55,665 nucleotides of DNA from Myxococcota bacterium (lineage in GTDB: Bacteria > Myxococcota_C > UBA6777), in contig JAKLKB010000031.1 in assembly GCA_023150835.1 (NCBI GenBank), forward strand, positions 1 through 55,665. The letters are read 5' to 3'. Below, piece by piece: positions 19,072 to 30,300 of this stretch. The notes below the pieces were generated by a model. It saw only the letters and a program-made list of their open reading frames with translations, made no database searches and was not told the origin of the DNA. The stretch's first letter is position 1. Each line of letters begins with the position of its first letter. A program made the translations under genes and the position numbers.

Positions 19072-19823
19072 ATCCGCGACATCTCTTTGTGGCGCTCGCA
19101 TCCGACTTTTGCACCCAACAAACAAGCCCGATGATAGGTCTTCATCGCGCCATCTACGCGCTGGCTTCCGCCTTCTCCTCGGATCTGCATCTCTGCAAAC
19201 AAGGTACAACCGTGACCATGACGCCCGATCTGACAAGCTCGACGAAACAGCGTTCGCGCTTCGTAAAGATTCTGCGGCCCACCCAACCCGCGCAAAAGCA
19301 ACCCGCCCAGATGCACACAACCATCCATCGAACCCATCCGACACGCCTTGCCATGCAGACGACGCGCCATCCGTAGATCTTGTGTCACCCCCGTCCCTCC
19401 GCCCACCATCACTCCCGCAAAGTCGCACGCTTCTGCATGGTTCCCCTGACACGCTTTCAACATATACGACATTGCCCGATTCATCGAAGGTTTCACCACC
19501 TGACCCTTGTAATATGCCCCGCCCACCCACCAACAAGCCTTCCCTTCTCCTCGCGCACACGCCTCCTCCAATAACTTCCGACCACGTTTCCAATACGCCA
19601 CTTCTTGCCGACGCAACGACACCGACACACGCAAGCCCGAACGCCGCCTCATCGCTTGCTCTTCAGCCCATTGCCAACACGCTGCACCATCACCCCGTTT
19701 GCAAGAAAGCTCTAACACCCCCATCCCTTCGGGCGTTCGCCATGCCAAGGCCCGACCAACCTCCCAACACACCGCAGCCAACACACCGATCAACACCACC
19801 ACACACCGCACTCTCTCACACAT
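19035..19823 (-). CDS. Secreted Sel1-like repeat protein (Hcp/beta-lactamase-like Cys-containing SLR)
   Basis: Signal-like N-terminus and repeated A..Y/L.KAC..G...AC...G.....G.G units. Confidence 0.85.
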   Translation of the reverse strand: MCERVRCVVVLIGVLAAVCWEVGRALAWRTPEGMGVLELSCKRGDGAACWQWAEEQAMRRRSGLRVSVSLRRQEVAYWKRGRKLLEEACARGEGKACWWVGGAYYKGQVVKPSMNRAMSYMLKACQGNHAEACDFAGVMVGGGTGVTQDLRMARRLHGKACRMGSMDGCVHLGGLLLRGLGGPQNLYEARTLFRRACQIGRHGHGCTLFAEMQIRGEGGSQRVDGAMKTYHRACLLGAKVGCERHKEMSRILRPTPTPPLDR

Positions 19824-19946
19824 CTGTTTTCTACCCTTGCCTTTGTTGTGCTCTTTTGCAAACATACTCGCCTTTGCGCTATCGGCCTCTTTGTTCGCTA
19901 TCTTGATTTGGCGCATCCTCCGCCCTTTTCGCATCCAACCAAGACC

Positions 19947-20981
19947 ATGGAAACGATCATGCACGATATCCACTCTAGCCCGCTCCACACAAACCGATCC
20001 CCGCGAATGTTGCTGTTGCTCCTCGCCTTCTCTTCGGCCTTTTCCCTCACAGGCTGCCAGATCATCCAAACACAGACCTCTCCAAACCACCTGCCTTGGT
20101 TGTCTTGGCTATTTTGGGCCTTGCTTGCCTGCTCGGCGCTCACATTCGTTCGAGGACTCCAACAAGAACACGATAGCCTCAGCCTCAGCGGCCTCCTTTT
20201 GCTCGGTTTTACCATGCTTTGGTTTGCGTGGCGCATCCTCCCCTTCTCTCTTTCCAAACAACATCTCCTGTTGATCTTGCTCCAAGCCGCCGTATTACTC
20301 GGCTTGTTCGCCTTGATCCTCTTGTTCTTGCTGCGCGTCCTCGAAGACGGCTCCCGCTCTGCCGCCTCCCTCGCTTTCTTGCTGCTGTTTTTCCTCACCC
20401 TACCCTACACCCGCGCTACCACCCCTCCGCCTCCGTCGCTGCGCCTCCCCCAAAGCCTCCAGCCCCTCTGCTTCGCTCAAAACCCCGTCCCTTCGGTGCT
20501 TTCCTACAACGCCGACACTTGCGTCCGACTCGCACGCCTCCAACTTCGCCTCCAACACCACCTCCATCATACCCTCTACCCGCTGCGCAAAGACTACACC
20601 CAACAACTCCGTGATAGCCTCCCTCCCTTCAAAGAAAAATTCACCCAACTACCCCCCGCACAACAAACCCCCCAAGGCATCGAAAATAGCCTCCTGATCT
20701 ACGAATGGAAACGCCTTCGCCAGATCGCCATCCTTCAACACCAACTCGAATCCACCCAACAACGCGCCGAACAAGCCCTCGCCCAAAGCCGCTTTTATCT
20801 CTGGGAGCTTGCCCAGATGATACGCCTCAACCAAGAAAGTCTCGATGCGCAAAAGCAACACTACCTCGAAGCCGAACGTCGCCTCGATCAACTTCTTCGC
20901 GAACAACCCGTCCGATGGCAAGATCCCACCCTCACCCGCACCATCCAACAACAGCTTCTCCAACAACTCAAAAAAGAATAA
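19947..20981 (+). CDS. Hypothetical multi-pass membrane protein with a Gln/Leu-rich coiled-coil C-terminus
   Basis: Four to five hydrophobic segments (first ends SLTGC), followed by a helical Q/L/E-rich region. Start uncertain. Confidence 0.65.
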   Translation: METIMHDIHSSPLHTNRSPRMLLLLLAFSSAFSLTGCQIIQTQTSPNHLPWLSWLFWALLACSALTFVRGLQQEHDSLSLSGLLLLGFTMLWFAWRILPFSLSKQHLLLILLQAAVLLGLFALILLFLLRVLEDGSRSAASLAFLLLFFLTLPYTRATTPPPPSLRLPQSLQPLCFAQNPVPSVLSYNADTCVRLARLQLRLQHHLHHTLYPLRKDYTQQLRDSLPPFKEKFTQLPPAQQTPQGIENSLLIYEWKRLRQIAILQHQLESTQQRAEQALAQSRFYLWELAQMIRLNQESLDAQKQHYLEAERRLDQLLREQPVRWQDPTLTRTIQQQLLQQLKKE

Positions 20982-21009
20982 GAGAAAAGTGACTTATCGG
21001 GGTACATTT

Positions 21010-21122
21010 GTGGGGGTTCCACCTCATACCCCGCGCCCTCAGCGCGGCTCCCTTGACTCCATACCGTAGCGTCTACAACAAATCGTGCCGATGTTTCGCA
21101 CACATATCTCTCGGATATCGTA
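21010..21122 (+). repeat. Chimeric repeat: element-C arm (21010-21064) joined to the distal half of MITE-A (about 21069-21122)
   Basis: gtgggggttccacctcatacccc...agcgcggctcccttgactccatac resembles the reverse complement of 9418-9471. It is followed by gcgtctac...ctctcggatatcgta. Confidence 0.65.
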
Positions 21123-21146
21123 TCCGCCGAAAGAAAGAGATCTTCG

Positions 21147-22349
21147 ATGCCTAAGTTGCTCTTGGTCTTGATCCTGTGTGTCCTTTTCTTTGCCGTCGCT
21201 TGCCCCCCGCCATCGGCCTCTTGCAAACAAGACAGCGATTGCCCTCCCACGCAACGCTGCCTCCAACAACGCTGCGCCCTCACCGATACCTCCGAGTCCT
21301 CCGCAGAGACCCACCACGACACTTCCGACGCCTCCGATGCCTCCGAAGAGATCAGCTCCGATACATCCGATGCCTCCGATGCAATCCCCCCCGAGAATCC
21401 CCAAGAATGGCCCATCGAATCTCCAGAAGACCACGAGAACACACCCGACAGAGAAATCACCACCGAGATCCGCCCCGAATCCGTGATCGAGCCACCCACC
21501 GAGATCCGCCCCGAATCCGTGATCGAGCCACCCACCGAGATCCGCCCTGAACCCACTCCCGAAACAGCACCACTCGGAAGCCTTGGGACACCATGCCAAA
21601 ACAACACCACCTGCACACAAGGCCAATGTTTAGACATCTTCGGACTCGGGCAAAAACTGTGTAGCCTTCCTTGTAAGAAAAATACGGAATGCCCCACCCA
21701 AAGCATCTGTCAACGCCCCAAAGCGTGGGAAGGCTTTTGTATGCCTGCCTGCCAACGCTCCCAAGACTGCGCGCATTACCCACACACGCCTCTTTGCGCC
21801 TCCGAAGGGCACTGCTGGGCACCCAAACGCGTCGGATTCTCCTGCTTGCGCAAGGATGAATGCGCAACAGGTCTCGATTGTGTCGATCCCGGGGGGGTCG
21901 GTGAAAAAATATGCACAAAAGCCTGTACTGAAGACCCAAGCGATCCACGCGCATCTTGCGGAGGAAACTCTTACTGCGAAGCGCACCTCGGCCCGGGCTC
22001 ACCCGGCTTTTGTGTCCCACTCTGTCAAAAGCCCGAAGATTGCCGCTCCTTTTCCGCTGTGCCCCATTGCAACTTTGAAGGGCATTGTTGGCGCGCTTAC
22101 CTAAATGACTTTCGCCTTTGCACCGATTCGACGCTGTGTTTGAGTGGCTTGTGCAAACAACCCAAAGATCTTCACACAGCGATCTGCACCTACGAATGCA
22201 GTCAAGACAGCGATTGCTCTTTGCGTACACGCTGTTCTGGCGCATCCCCCCAAAGCACCGGCCTTTGCCTCCCTTCTTGCACAACCCACGCAGATTGCGC
22301 CCTCTACCTCGATCTCCAAACCTGCGAAACCAACGGATTTTGTCGATAA
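21147..22349 (+). CDS. Cys-rich putative lipoprotein with an acidic linker and a 36-bp repeat (TEIRPESVIEPP x2.5, 21461-21551)
   Basis: Lipobox-like FAVAC and many C...C....DC modules. Confidence 0.82.
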   Translation: MPKLLLVLILCVLFFAVACPPPSASCKQDSDCPPTQRCLQQRCALTDTSESSAETHHDTSDASDASEEISSDTSDASDAIPPENPQEWPIESPEDHENTPDREITTEIRPESVIEPPTEIRPESVIEPPTEIRPEPTPETAPLGSLGTPCQNNTTCTQGQCLDIFGLGQKLCSLPCKKNTECPTQSICQRPKAWEGFCMPACQRSQDCAHYPHTPLCASEGHCWAPKRVGFSCLRKDECATGLDCVDPGGVGEKICTKACTEDPSDPRASCGGNSYCEAHLGPGSPGFCVPLCQKPEDCRSFSAVPHCNFEGHCWRAYLNDFRLCTDSTLCLSGLCKQPKDLHTAICTYECSQDSDCSLRTRCSGASPQSTGLCLPSCTTHADCALYLDLQTCETNGFCR

Positions 22350-22361
22350 GACAATGTCGGT

Positions 22362-25300
22362 TTATGCTCGTTCTACTGCTTCGCGTCTTTGGCGACGGCG
22401 GGCCAACGGGAGCAAGAGCAGCAAGAAGAGAAAGAAAGGAGCGGAGGCTGCGGTGCCTTGGTCACAACCACAGCCGCCACCGATCACACCGGCCCCTTCG
22501 TTGTCGCCTTGGGCGTTGTCGTTGGTGTTGCCTGTTTCTTTGGCCCCACCATCCGCATCCATGGTGCTTTCTTCGGGTTGGATCTGCTCAGGGGCTTGTT
22601 CGGTGGTTGTTTCCGCGACAGGTTCGACGGTAGGCTCGGGCGGTTTGGGTGGATCGACACAAACGCCTGCGTTGCACGTTCCGTTGTTCGGACAAGTCAA
22701 GCCTGCGCAGGGGTCTTCGCTGCAACTTTCTTCTGAACAAGCGCGCTGAAACTTGCATAGACGGCCATTTTTGCAAGGATCTTCGGGGACACATTGGCCG
22801 TTTTTACAACGTTCGCCGCTATTGCACTGTTTGCTTGCGCAAGGATCGTCTTGGCAGACTCCGTTGACACAGATCTTTCCTGTGGCGCACGTCGGGCAGC
22901 GTTTGACGCACAAACCATCGATAGGACGGCAAAATTCATCGACGCCGCATTGCTTGTTTGCACAAGGATTGTCTTGGCATTTGGCTTTGATGCAAAGTTT
23001 GCCATCCGAGCAGCCATCGCGGAAACAACCCGGGTCAGAGCAGATGCGATCGATACAGATCCCCACGCTTGGGCAATCCACGTCTGTTTTGCAAGGCAGA
23101 TCACCCGTACATTGGCCGCCTTTGCAGGTCTGTCCAGCAGGGCACTTGACACCACCGCAAGGATCGGCAGCACAAGTATCTCCTGCGCAGATCCGTTGTT
23201 CCTTGCAGTAGTCGGGTTTACAAGGATCTTTGATACACTTTCCAGCGTAGCAGACTTCGCCTTGGGCGCATTGGACGCCCGCACAAGGATCGACGGTACA
23301 TTGACCGTTGACACAGACTTCGCCTTGTTTACAGAACACACCCGAACAGCTTCCGACACAGTTTCCGCCCGAACAGACTTGATCAGCGGGGCATTGTTTG
23401 TTTGCACATGGATCTTCGAGACACTTGCCGTTGACGCAGACTTGTCCAGAAGGACAAGGGGTCGTAGCGCCACAGGCAGGGACCACGCACTTGCCTGCCA
23501 CGCAAAGGTTTGCGCCCGGGCAATCTTTGTCGAACTTGCACGTGGGCGGCGCGATGCACTGACCGAGGCGGCAAACTTGTTGTGCTTCGGGGCATTGGAT
23601 GCGATCACAAGGATCGTCGACACAAGTCCCTTGGGTGGCGTCACAAACGCGACCGCTTTTGCAAGCGTTGGCATCTTTGCAATAATCATTTTGGCACTTG
23701 CCTTTGACGCAAGCCTCACCCGCAGCACAAGTGACACCCGAACACAGATCAGGCTCACAAGCGCCATCTCGGCAGATCTGACCCGCAGGGCAAGCCACCG
23801 AAGAACAAGGCTTGATGCACTTTCCATCGGTAGGACGGCAAAATTCGCCTTGTGCGCAAGTCGGAGCGGTGCTTCCCTTACAAGGATCGGGCTTACAGGT
23901 AGATTGATAGCAGACTTCGTTGGCCCCGGGGCATTTGGGAGTGGTGGTGCTGACGTAGCATCCGGGTTCATAGCAGCGACCACTTAAACAGACTTGTGTG
24001 TTGGGGCATTCGGAATCCACATGACAAGGCAAGCGCGGGATGCACTGACCTGCAAGACAGCGGTCCGTAGCATCGGGGCATTTCATCCCATCGCAAGGAT
24101 CGTCGATGCACTTGCCTCGCCAACAAGCACGACCGTGTTTGCAATGCGTCGCCGAATCGGTACAAGGATCGGTCGCACAAGCAGGTTTGGCAGGGTTGGA
24201 GGTGTCGCAGGTTTGGCCTTGTGCGCAGGCGGTCGTTCCGCAAGGATTGGGAACACACACCCCACCATCACAATAAGTCCCCGCAAAACAAGAAACACCC
24301 GCACAGCTTTTCACGCACTTGCCATCGGAGGCGCGACAGGTAGTGTCTGCTGCGCACGTTTGCACCAAACAAGCGTTGGCATCGCAGTTTCCGTCTTTGC
24401 AAAACTTGTCGGTGGCGCACTTGGGGCTTTGTGTCGAACAGCCCGCAGGCAAACAAACGCGCTCATCGGTCATCTGCACACAAATCAGGTTGGTAGGACA
24501 ATCGAGATCGATCTTGCAGGATTGGCGGGGTGTCAGTTTGAAGCTTTGGGTTTTACAAGAGGGCGGTGTGGCGCTGTCGCACACTTCGATCTCGATCTCG
24601 ACTTCGGTGTTAAGGTCCGTGTTTGCGGGTGTCCATTCGAATTTGCCGGTGGCGGGGTCGATGGTCGCTCCTTGGGGGGCCTTTTTGATCTTCCATGTCA
24701 ACGTGTCGCTGGGATCGGCATCTGTAGCTTTGGCTTCGTATTCGAGCTTTTGACCAACATACGCTTTGGTCGGTGGTGTCGAAGTGATCGCAGGAGCATC
24801 GTTGACGTTGTTGACGGTAGTTTTCCAGCTTTGCTTGACGCAAGCGCCCGTGGGATCGCAGACTTCGACTTCAAAGTCGACGGGGCTGTTTTTGACACCA
24901 TCATCGCCCGGGGTCCATTTGACTTCGCCTGTGTTGGGGTCGATGGTGGCTCCTGCGGGGCCTTTGGTGAGCTTCCACTTGAGCAGCGCTTGATCACCGG
25001 GATCGGGATCCGTTGCGGTGGGTTTGTAAGAGAAGGGTTGATCTTCGGTAGCGTTGGTGGTGGGTGCGGTGCTGGTGATCACGGGGGGATCGTTGACGTT
25101 GCGTACTGTGACGGTAAAGGTGACGGTGGTGGTTCCGCCCTTGCCATCGGAAACAGTCACCGTCACGGTGTACGTCCCAACGTCAGCTTGGGTGGGGGTC
25201 CACGAGATCTGACCTGTCGTGGGGTTGATCGTTGCCCCAGCGGGTAGCCCGGACATACTGTAGGTCAAGGTGTCACCGTCGGGATCGCTGGCTTGGACGT

Positions 25301-26762
25301 TGTAAGTCCATGCTTTCTTTTCGTCGATGTTTTGGTTCGGAATAGCGGTGACAACAGGAGCGCGGTTTTCAACCACGCGGATCTGAATGGTCTTGGTGGC
25401 GGTTTTGGGGATACCGTCTTTGTCGGTGGCCGTGAACAACAAGTTGTAATTGGTCGCCGTTTGGGTGGCGTTGGGCGCGCAAGTGATCTTCCAAAGATCC
25501 GAACCGACCTTGGTTCCTGTGCAAAATGTCGCAAGACCCGCATTAAACGTAAAGGTGTTGATGCCATTTCCGTCGGGGTCGGTGGCTTTGACATCAAAAG
25601 AGATGCTTCCGCCTTGAGCGACTTGTTTAATTTCGCCGGGGGGAGTGATCGTGAACTCGGGAAGCCCACCCGCAGACACCGTGATCTCGAAGGTTCCTTG
25701 GCCCGAAAGGTTGGGGGTTCCGTTGTCTTTGAACTCAAAGACGACCTTGAAGACCTTGCCTTCATCCGCCAACGTCGGCGTCCAGCAGTAAGTAAAGGTG
25801 CGGGGGCTTGGACCGTTGGGGATCGGACTGGGATTGGTGGTCGCGCCCGTTAGAGGCGGAAGGATCGAACCGACACGCAAGATCTGCCCTGCGTCGGGAT
25901 CGGTGACGGTGACGGTTGCGCAGGTTTGGACGTTGGGCTTGACCAGCGCAGAGGGCGGATTGACCGAGACCGCAGGGGGTTTGTTGTTGCAGTTGGCGGC
26001 GGTGCGAACGAGCATCAAATAATCTCGATACGTCGAGGCTCCGCGACTGTCGGTCACACGCACCGAGAATACGTGATACGTGTCTCCTGTTCCAGCCGTA
26101 GGACTGGGCCAAGAGATCTGCCCCGTGGGATCGATCACCATCCCTGCGGGTTTGAAAAACAGATCGTAAGTCAGCGGATCGTTGTTGGGGTCCGAGGCGT
26201 TGACGTTTTGCGTAAAGGGAATCCCCACGCACCACTCGTAATAGGTACTCGATCCGATGATCGGGTCGCTGTTTCCGTCGAGATGGACGTTGATCCGCAG
26301 ATCCCAACTGGTTCCCGCAGGCCCTTGCAAGACGCCAATCCAACAGCAACCGGTCCAAGCAGCAACGTAATCCACCACAGGAACAGCAGGGGTGCCCGTC
26401 GTCTGTGAGGGAAACGTGTACGCGGCGCTGGTCCAACGAAACACCACCGTGTCTTCGGATTGATCCTCGCTCACCACCGTTCCGATAACGGTTAAGGAAG
26501 CGCTATGCGCAGGATTTCCCGCTTTGTTGGCGATCGATAAAGTTCCGAGACCGAACTGTTGCCCGACGCAAGACGTGGTGGTTGTGCAAAACGCACTACG
26601 CCGAAAATAGGCTTCGATGGTGAAAGTCACTTGACGCGTGGTCCCGATCTGGGTGTACGTCAACGTCCCACCCCGAAAGTGCGAGGCTTCCGCGATCTGC
26701 GGAAACCACCACACACCAAACAACAAACTCAAACTCCAATACAACCGTAAACGTGAACCCAT
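22362..26762 (-). CDS. Large surface protein: signal peptide, cadherin/He_PIG-like Ig repeats, a long Cys-rich repeat region and a MYXO-CTERM-like sorting tail
   Basis: AEASHFRGG N-terminus; repeated ASDPDGDxLTY...GATIxPxTGxISW; about 600 aa of DPCxxVxC units; tail GGGCGCDQG...FFLFLLLLLPLARRRQRR. Confidence 0.88.
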   Translation of the reverse strand: MGSRLRLYWSLSLLFGVWWFPQIAEASHFRGGTLTYTQIGTTRQVTFTIEAYFRRSAFCTTTTSCVGQQFGLGTLSIANKAGNPAHSASLTVIGTVVSEDQSEDTVVFRWTSAAYTFPSQTTGTPAVPVVDYVAAWTGCCWIGVLQGPAGTSWDLRINVHLDGNSDPIIGSSTYYEWCVGIPFTQNVNASDPNNDPLTYDLFFKPAGMVIDPTGQISWPSPTAGTGDTYHVFSVRVTDSRGASTYRDYLMLVRTAANCNNKPPAVSVNPPSALVKPNVQTCATVTVTDPDAGQILRVGSILPPLTGATTNPSPIPNGPSPRTFTYCWTPTLADEGKVFKVVFEFKDNGTPNLSGQGTFEITVSAGGLPEFTITPPGEIKQVAQGGSISFDVKATDPDGNGINTFTFNAGLATFCTGTKVGSDLWKITCAPNATQTATNYNLLFTATDKDGIPKTATKTIQIRVVENRAPVVTAIPNQNIDEKKAWTYNVQASDPDGDTLTYSMSGLPAGATINPTTGQISWTPTQADVGTYTVTVTVSDGKGGTTTVTFTVTVRNVNDPPVITSTAPTTNATEDQPFSYKPTATDPDPGDQALLKWKLTKGPAGATIDPNTGEVKWTPGDDGVKNSPVDFEVEVCDPTGACVKQSWKTTVNNVNDAPAITSTPPTKAYVGQKLEYEAKATDADPSDTLTWKIKKAPQGATIDPATGKFEWTPANTDLNTEVEIEIEVCDSATPPSCKTQSFKLTPRQSCKIDLDCPTNLICVQMTDERVCLPAGCSTQSPKCATDKFCKDGNCDANACLVQTCAADTTCRASDGKCVKSCAGVSCFAGTYCDGGVCVPNPCGTTACAQGQTCDTSNPAKPACATDPCTDSATHCKHGRACWRGKCIDDPCDGMKCPDATDRCLAGQCIPRLPCHVDSECPNTQVCLSGRCYEPGCYVSTTTPKCPGANEVCYQSTCKPDPCKGSTAPTCAQGEFCRPTDGKCIKPCSSVACPAGQICRDGACEPDLCSGVTCAAGEACVKGKCQNDYCKDANACKSGRVCDATQGTCVDDPCDRIQCPEAQQVCRLGQCIAPPTCKFDKDCPGANLCVAGKCVVPACGATTPCPSGQVCVNGKCLEDPCANKQCPADQVCSGGNCVGSCSGVFCKQGEVCVNGQCTVDPCAGVQCAQGEVCYAGKCIKDPCKPDYCKEQRICAGDTCAADPCGGVKCPAGQTCKGGQCTGDLPCKTDVDCPSVGICIDRICSDPGCFRDGCSDGKLCIKAKCQDNPCANKQCGVDEFCRPIDGLCVKRCPTCATGKICVNGVCQDDPCASKQCNSGERCKNGQCVPEDPCKNGRLCKFQRACSEESCSEDPCAGLTCPNNGTCNAGVCVDPPKPPEPTVEPVAETTTEQAPEQIQPEESTMDADGGAKETGNTNDNAQGDNEGAGVIGGGCGCDQGTAASAPFFLFLLLLLPLARRRQRREAVERA

Positions 26763-27042
26763 CCGATGTTCCTCCTATGCTTTCTTGCCTATGGATGAAT
26801 CGCTTGCGTGGCCTTTTGCGAACGAAAGACCCGTGCCTTCTGTGCCTCTGCAACAAGACAGCAGAAACCAGCAGATCTTGACAAACAAGAAAGTATCGTA
26901 AACAGAACCTTGCACAACGCGCAAGATATCGCCCACACAAGATCCTACAAAAACACAAAAAAAGATCGCTGATTCTCTTTTTGTATTCGTACGTTGCACG
27001 CCTTTTAAGCAATGCCATAACATTCCCCAAAAACCACATCCA

Positions 27043-27150
27043 TACGAAATCCGCCCACAGTGTGATCGCAAAACGTAGGGGCAGCCCCCTGTGGCTGCCC
27101 AACAATCGGGCGTCTACGTACTCTCCTGTACACACCTCTCGGATTTCGCA
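27043..27150 (+). mobile_element. MITE-A copy upstream of the large surface-protein gene
   Basis: CCA|TACGAAATCCG...GTAGGGGCAGCCCCCTGTGGCTGCCC...CGGATTTCGCA|TCA. Confidence 0.85.
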
Positions 27151-27383
27151 TCATTCATCCAAAACCATGCAAACAATCGATAAACCGCTCGAAAGACCTC
27201 ACGAAGTAGACGCCGCTCTCAGAAAAATGTCGAAGATTTCCAATGCTTGCGATACCTACCCTGCGATCTTTGCGGGGTTGGCGAACTTTCAACGGTTTTG
27301 TTTTTTGTTGATCAGTCGATAAAAATATCCATAAAAATCTTTTTTAATCGAAGGTATTTCGTTTGAAGAAGCGGGGGGGCGAT

Positions 27384-30300
27384 CTATCCGTCTTCGCGTT
27401 CGCGGAGCATGGAGAGGGCGTGTTGAAGGGCGTCAAGGGCCTGATCTTTTTTGGCTTTTTCTTGGGCGACTTGTTGTTGAAGGCGATTGGATTGGGTGGA
27501 AGTTTTTTCGATGTGGGATTTGAGTTCGTCGCGTTCTTGTTCGAGAGTGCGGTTCTTTTGTTCGAATTCGCGTTTGATCAGATCGATTTGGTTGCGTTCG
27601 TGGCGTCGTAGGGATTCGAGATCAGAGAGTTTTCCGCGCAGGTCGTCGACTTGATTTTGGAGGGTATTGTAGCCCAAAGCAGCGGATTGTTCGGCCTCAC
27701 GGGCCGAAGCAAGCGCGGATTCGGTTTTTTTGATCTGGGCGGCGAGGTCGCGTTCGCGCTGTTCGAGTCCTTCGATGATGGCCTCAAAACGTAGGCGGGC
27801 TCGGCGTTCGGCTTCTTCGATGCGTTTTTCGGACTCGGCTTGCCATTCGGCTTCACGGGCTTGTCGATCGCGGACGGATTCTTCTTTTTGGGTGCGGATC
27901 TGTTGGCGAAGCTGACGCAGTTCTTTTTCGGATTGGGCGAGGATCTGGTGGCTTTGTTCTTGGAGGGCGATCTGAAGGGCTTCCATCTCTTGCTGGTGTG
28001 CGGCGTGGAGGGCGTCGGCCTCGCGCTGGAAAGCCTCGCGCAGCGTGCGTTTTTCGGAATGAAAGGAGATCTCTTGTTCGGCGAGGATCTCTTGTTGGGT
28101 TTGACGGGCTTGACGGCGGTCTTTGTCTTGTTCGGCGAGGAGGCGTTCGACATCAAGTGCGTGTTCTTGGCGTATTCCTGCGATGATCTCGGCATGTTGG
28201 CGTTCGCGAGCATCAAGTTCTCGTGCGAGCAATGCTTCGAAGCTGCGTTCTTGTTGTTGGAAACGGCGTTCGAGGGCTTGTTCTTGGCGGAGGGAGTGTT
28301 CTTGGTGGAGGCGGAGAGCTTCTTGGTGTTCAGCGGAAAGCCGCAGCATGGCGTTTTCGTGTTCTCGTTCGAGGTGCTGCATCACTTCTTGGGCTTGTCG
28401 GCGCTCGGTTTCGAGGGCGGATTGATGGGTGATTTGGCTGGTTTCGATGTGTTCTTCGTGTGCGGCGAGTTGATGGGTGAGGCGTTCTTGTTCGGCGTGC
28501 AGGCGGGTGAGTTCGGCTTGTTGGGTGGTGGTTTTTTGTTTGAGTTGGAAGGTTTCGGTTTCCAGAAGGATGGCGCGTTGTTTCCAGTCATCGAGGGATT
28601 TTTCAGCGTGATGGAGTTGATCGAGGACGCGCTCTTGTTGTTCGGACTCGCTCAAGCGGTTGTGTTGTTCGGCGTGCAAGAGTTCGCGCAAGGAGCGTGC
28701 TTCACTTTCGAGGCGTTCGGTGCGTTCTTGGACATCAAATTTTTCTTGCTCTAGCACGACGTTTCGATGGCGAAGCGCCACCAGTTCGGCTTCCATCTGT
28801 TCGGTGGAATCGCCGATGTTTTGGAGTTTTCCTTGGGCGCGATCGAGTTCTTCTTCGAGGGTGGCTTGTTGGTCTTGCAGCGAAGCGATCTGTTGGCGTA
28901 AGAGATCTTCGACTTCGAGGCGATTGCGGGCATCAGCGCGTGAAGCGTCGAGATCTTCTTGGAGTTGCGTGATCTCGTCGCGGAGTTGTTGTTGTGCGGA
29001 TTTGAGGCGGTGGCCTTGTTCTTGTGCCTCGAAGATCGCAGCATCGGCCTTTTCGAGTTTACCGAGCAAGGCGCGTCGTTCGGATTCGAGCGCTTCGATC
29101 CGTGTATGTTTGGTGGTTTCAGCTTGAGAGAGTGCGCGATATCCGGTCTCACGGGCGGTTTCGAGATCGACGCGCAGCCGTCCGAGTTCTTCGCGGAGGA
29201 CTTGCATGGCGGCGTCGTGTTCTTCGAGCAAGGCGCGGCGTTCTTCGGCATGGGATTCTTTCAAGCGCTCGCGTTCATCGGCGTGTTGGTGGAGTTGTTT
29301 TTCGAGGCGTTCTTTGTCGATGCGTATGCTGTGGAGGGCGTGTTCATCTTCGCGGGCGGTTTGTTTGAGGGCATCAAGTTGGGCTTCCATCTCGCGATAG
29401 CGCGAGGAAAGATATCCGTGATCGTCGCCGAGGCGGTTGATCTCTTCGCGCAGGGATTGAAGCTCTCTCTCGCGTTCTCCGAGTTGCGAGAGTAGTTCGT
29501 CATCGTTGAGGGATTGGGCGTGGACTTGGGTACGAAACCCTGCGAGCTCGCCGCGAAGCTCACAAGCGGCTTGGATCTGTTCTTCCAAAGCGGCCTGTGT
29601 TTCGAGCAGTTCGGCACGTTGTGTTTCGAGCATCGTTTCGCGTTCGTTGCACAAGCCTTGATAAAACAGCACTTGTTTTCGGGCATCGTCGACTTCGATC
29701 GCAAGGGAGGAGAGTTGTTCTTCGAGGGCTTCGACTTCTCCGCCGCGTTTGGAGAGTGCGTCGCTATGGGATCGAGCGTGTTGTGCGGCTTTTTCGGCTT
29801 GGGCGTCAACTTCGATCTGCAAGCGTTGTCGTTCGCGTTCGAGATCTGTGATGCGTGCGTAGAGATCGTTGGTTTCGTCTTGAGAGGCTTCGTGTTGGGC
29901 TTGGGCTTCTTGTAGAAGTCGTTGGAGCCGCCCATTTTCGTCTTGAAGGGAGGAGATCTGAGTGGAGTCGTCGATCGAGTGGGTCTGAAACAAGACACGG
30001 GTGGGGGATTCTCCGGAGTCCTCGTCGGCAGCGTCATGAAGGATGCGCGTGGGAACTTCGGAGTCATCGCCATCGGCTTGGGTCGCTACGGCAGAAAGAC
30101 GGGTGGGTGCGTCGTCTTCTTCGGATGCAAGGGCCTGTTCGGTTGTAGGCTTGGCTTTGCCCTTTGCGGACGGTGTTTTTGTGGAGGCAGAAGGATCGCG
30201 CAGCGCTTTGTTTTCGTGGCGCAATCGTTCCAGTTCTTCTTGAAGTCCATCCATCTGTTGCGCAGCCAAGGCTTTGGCCAAAAGCTCGGGATAAAGGGCA

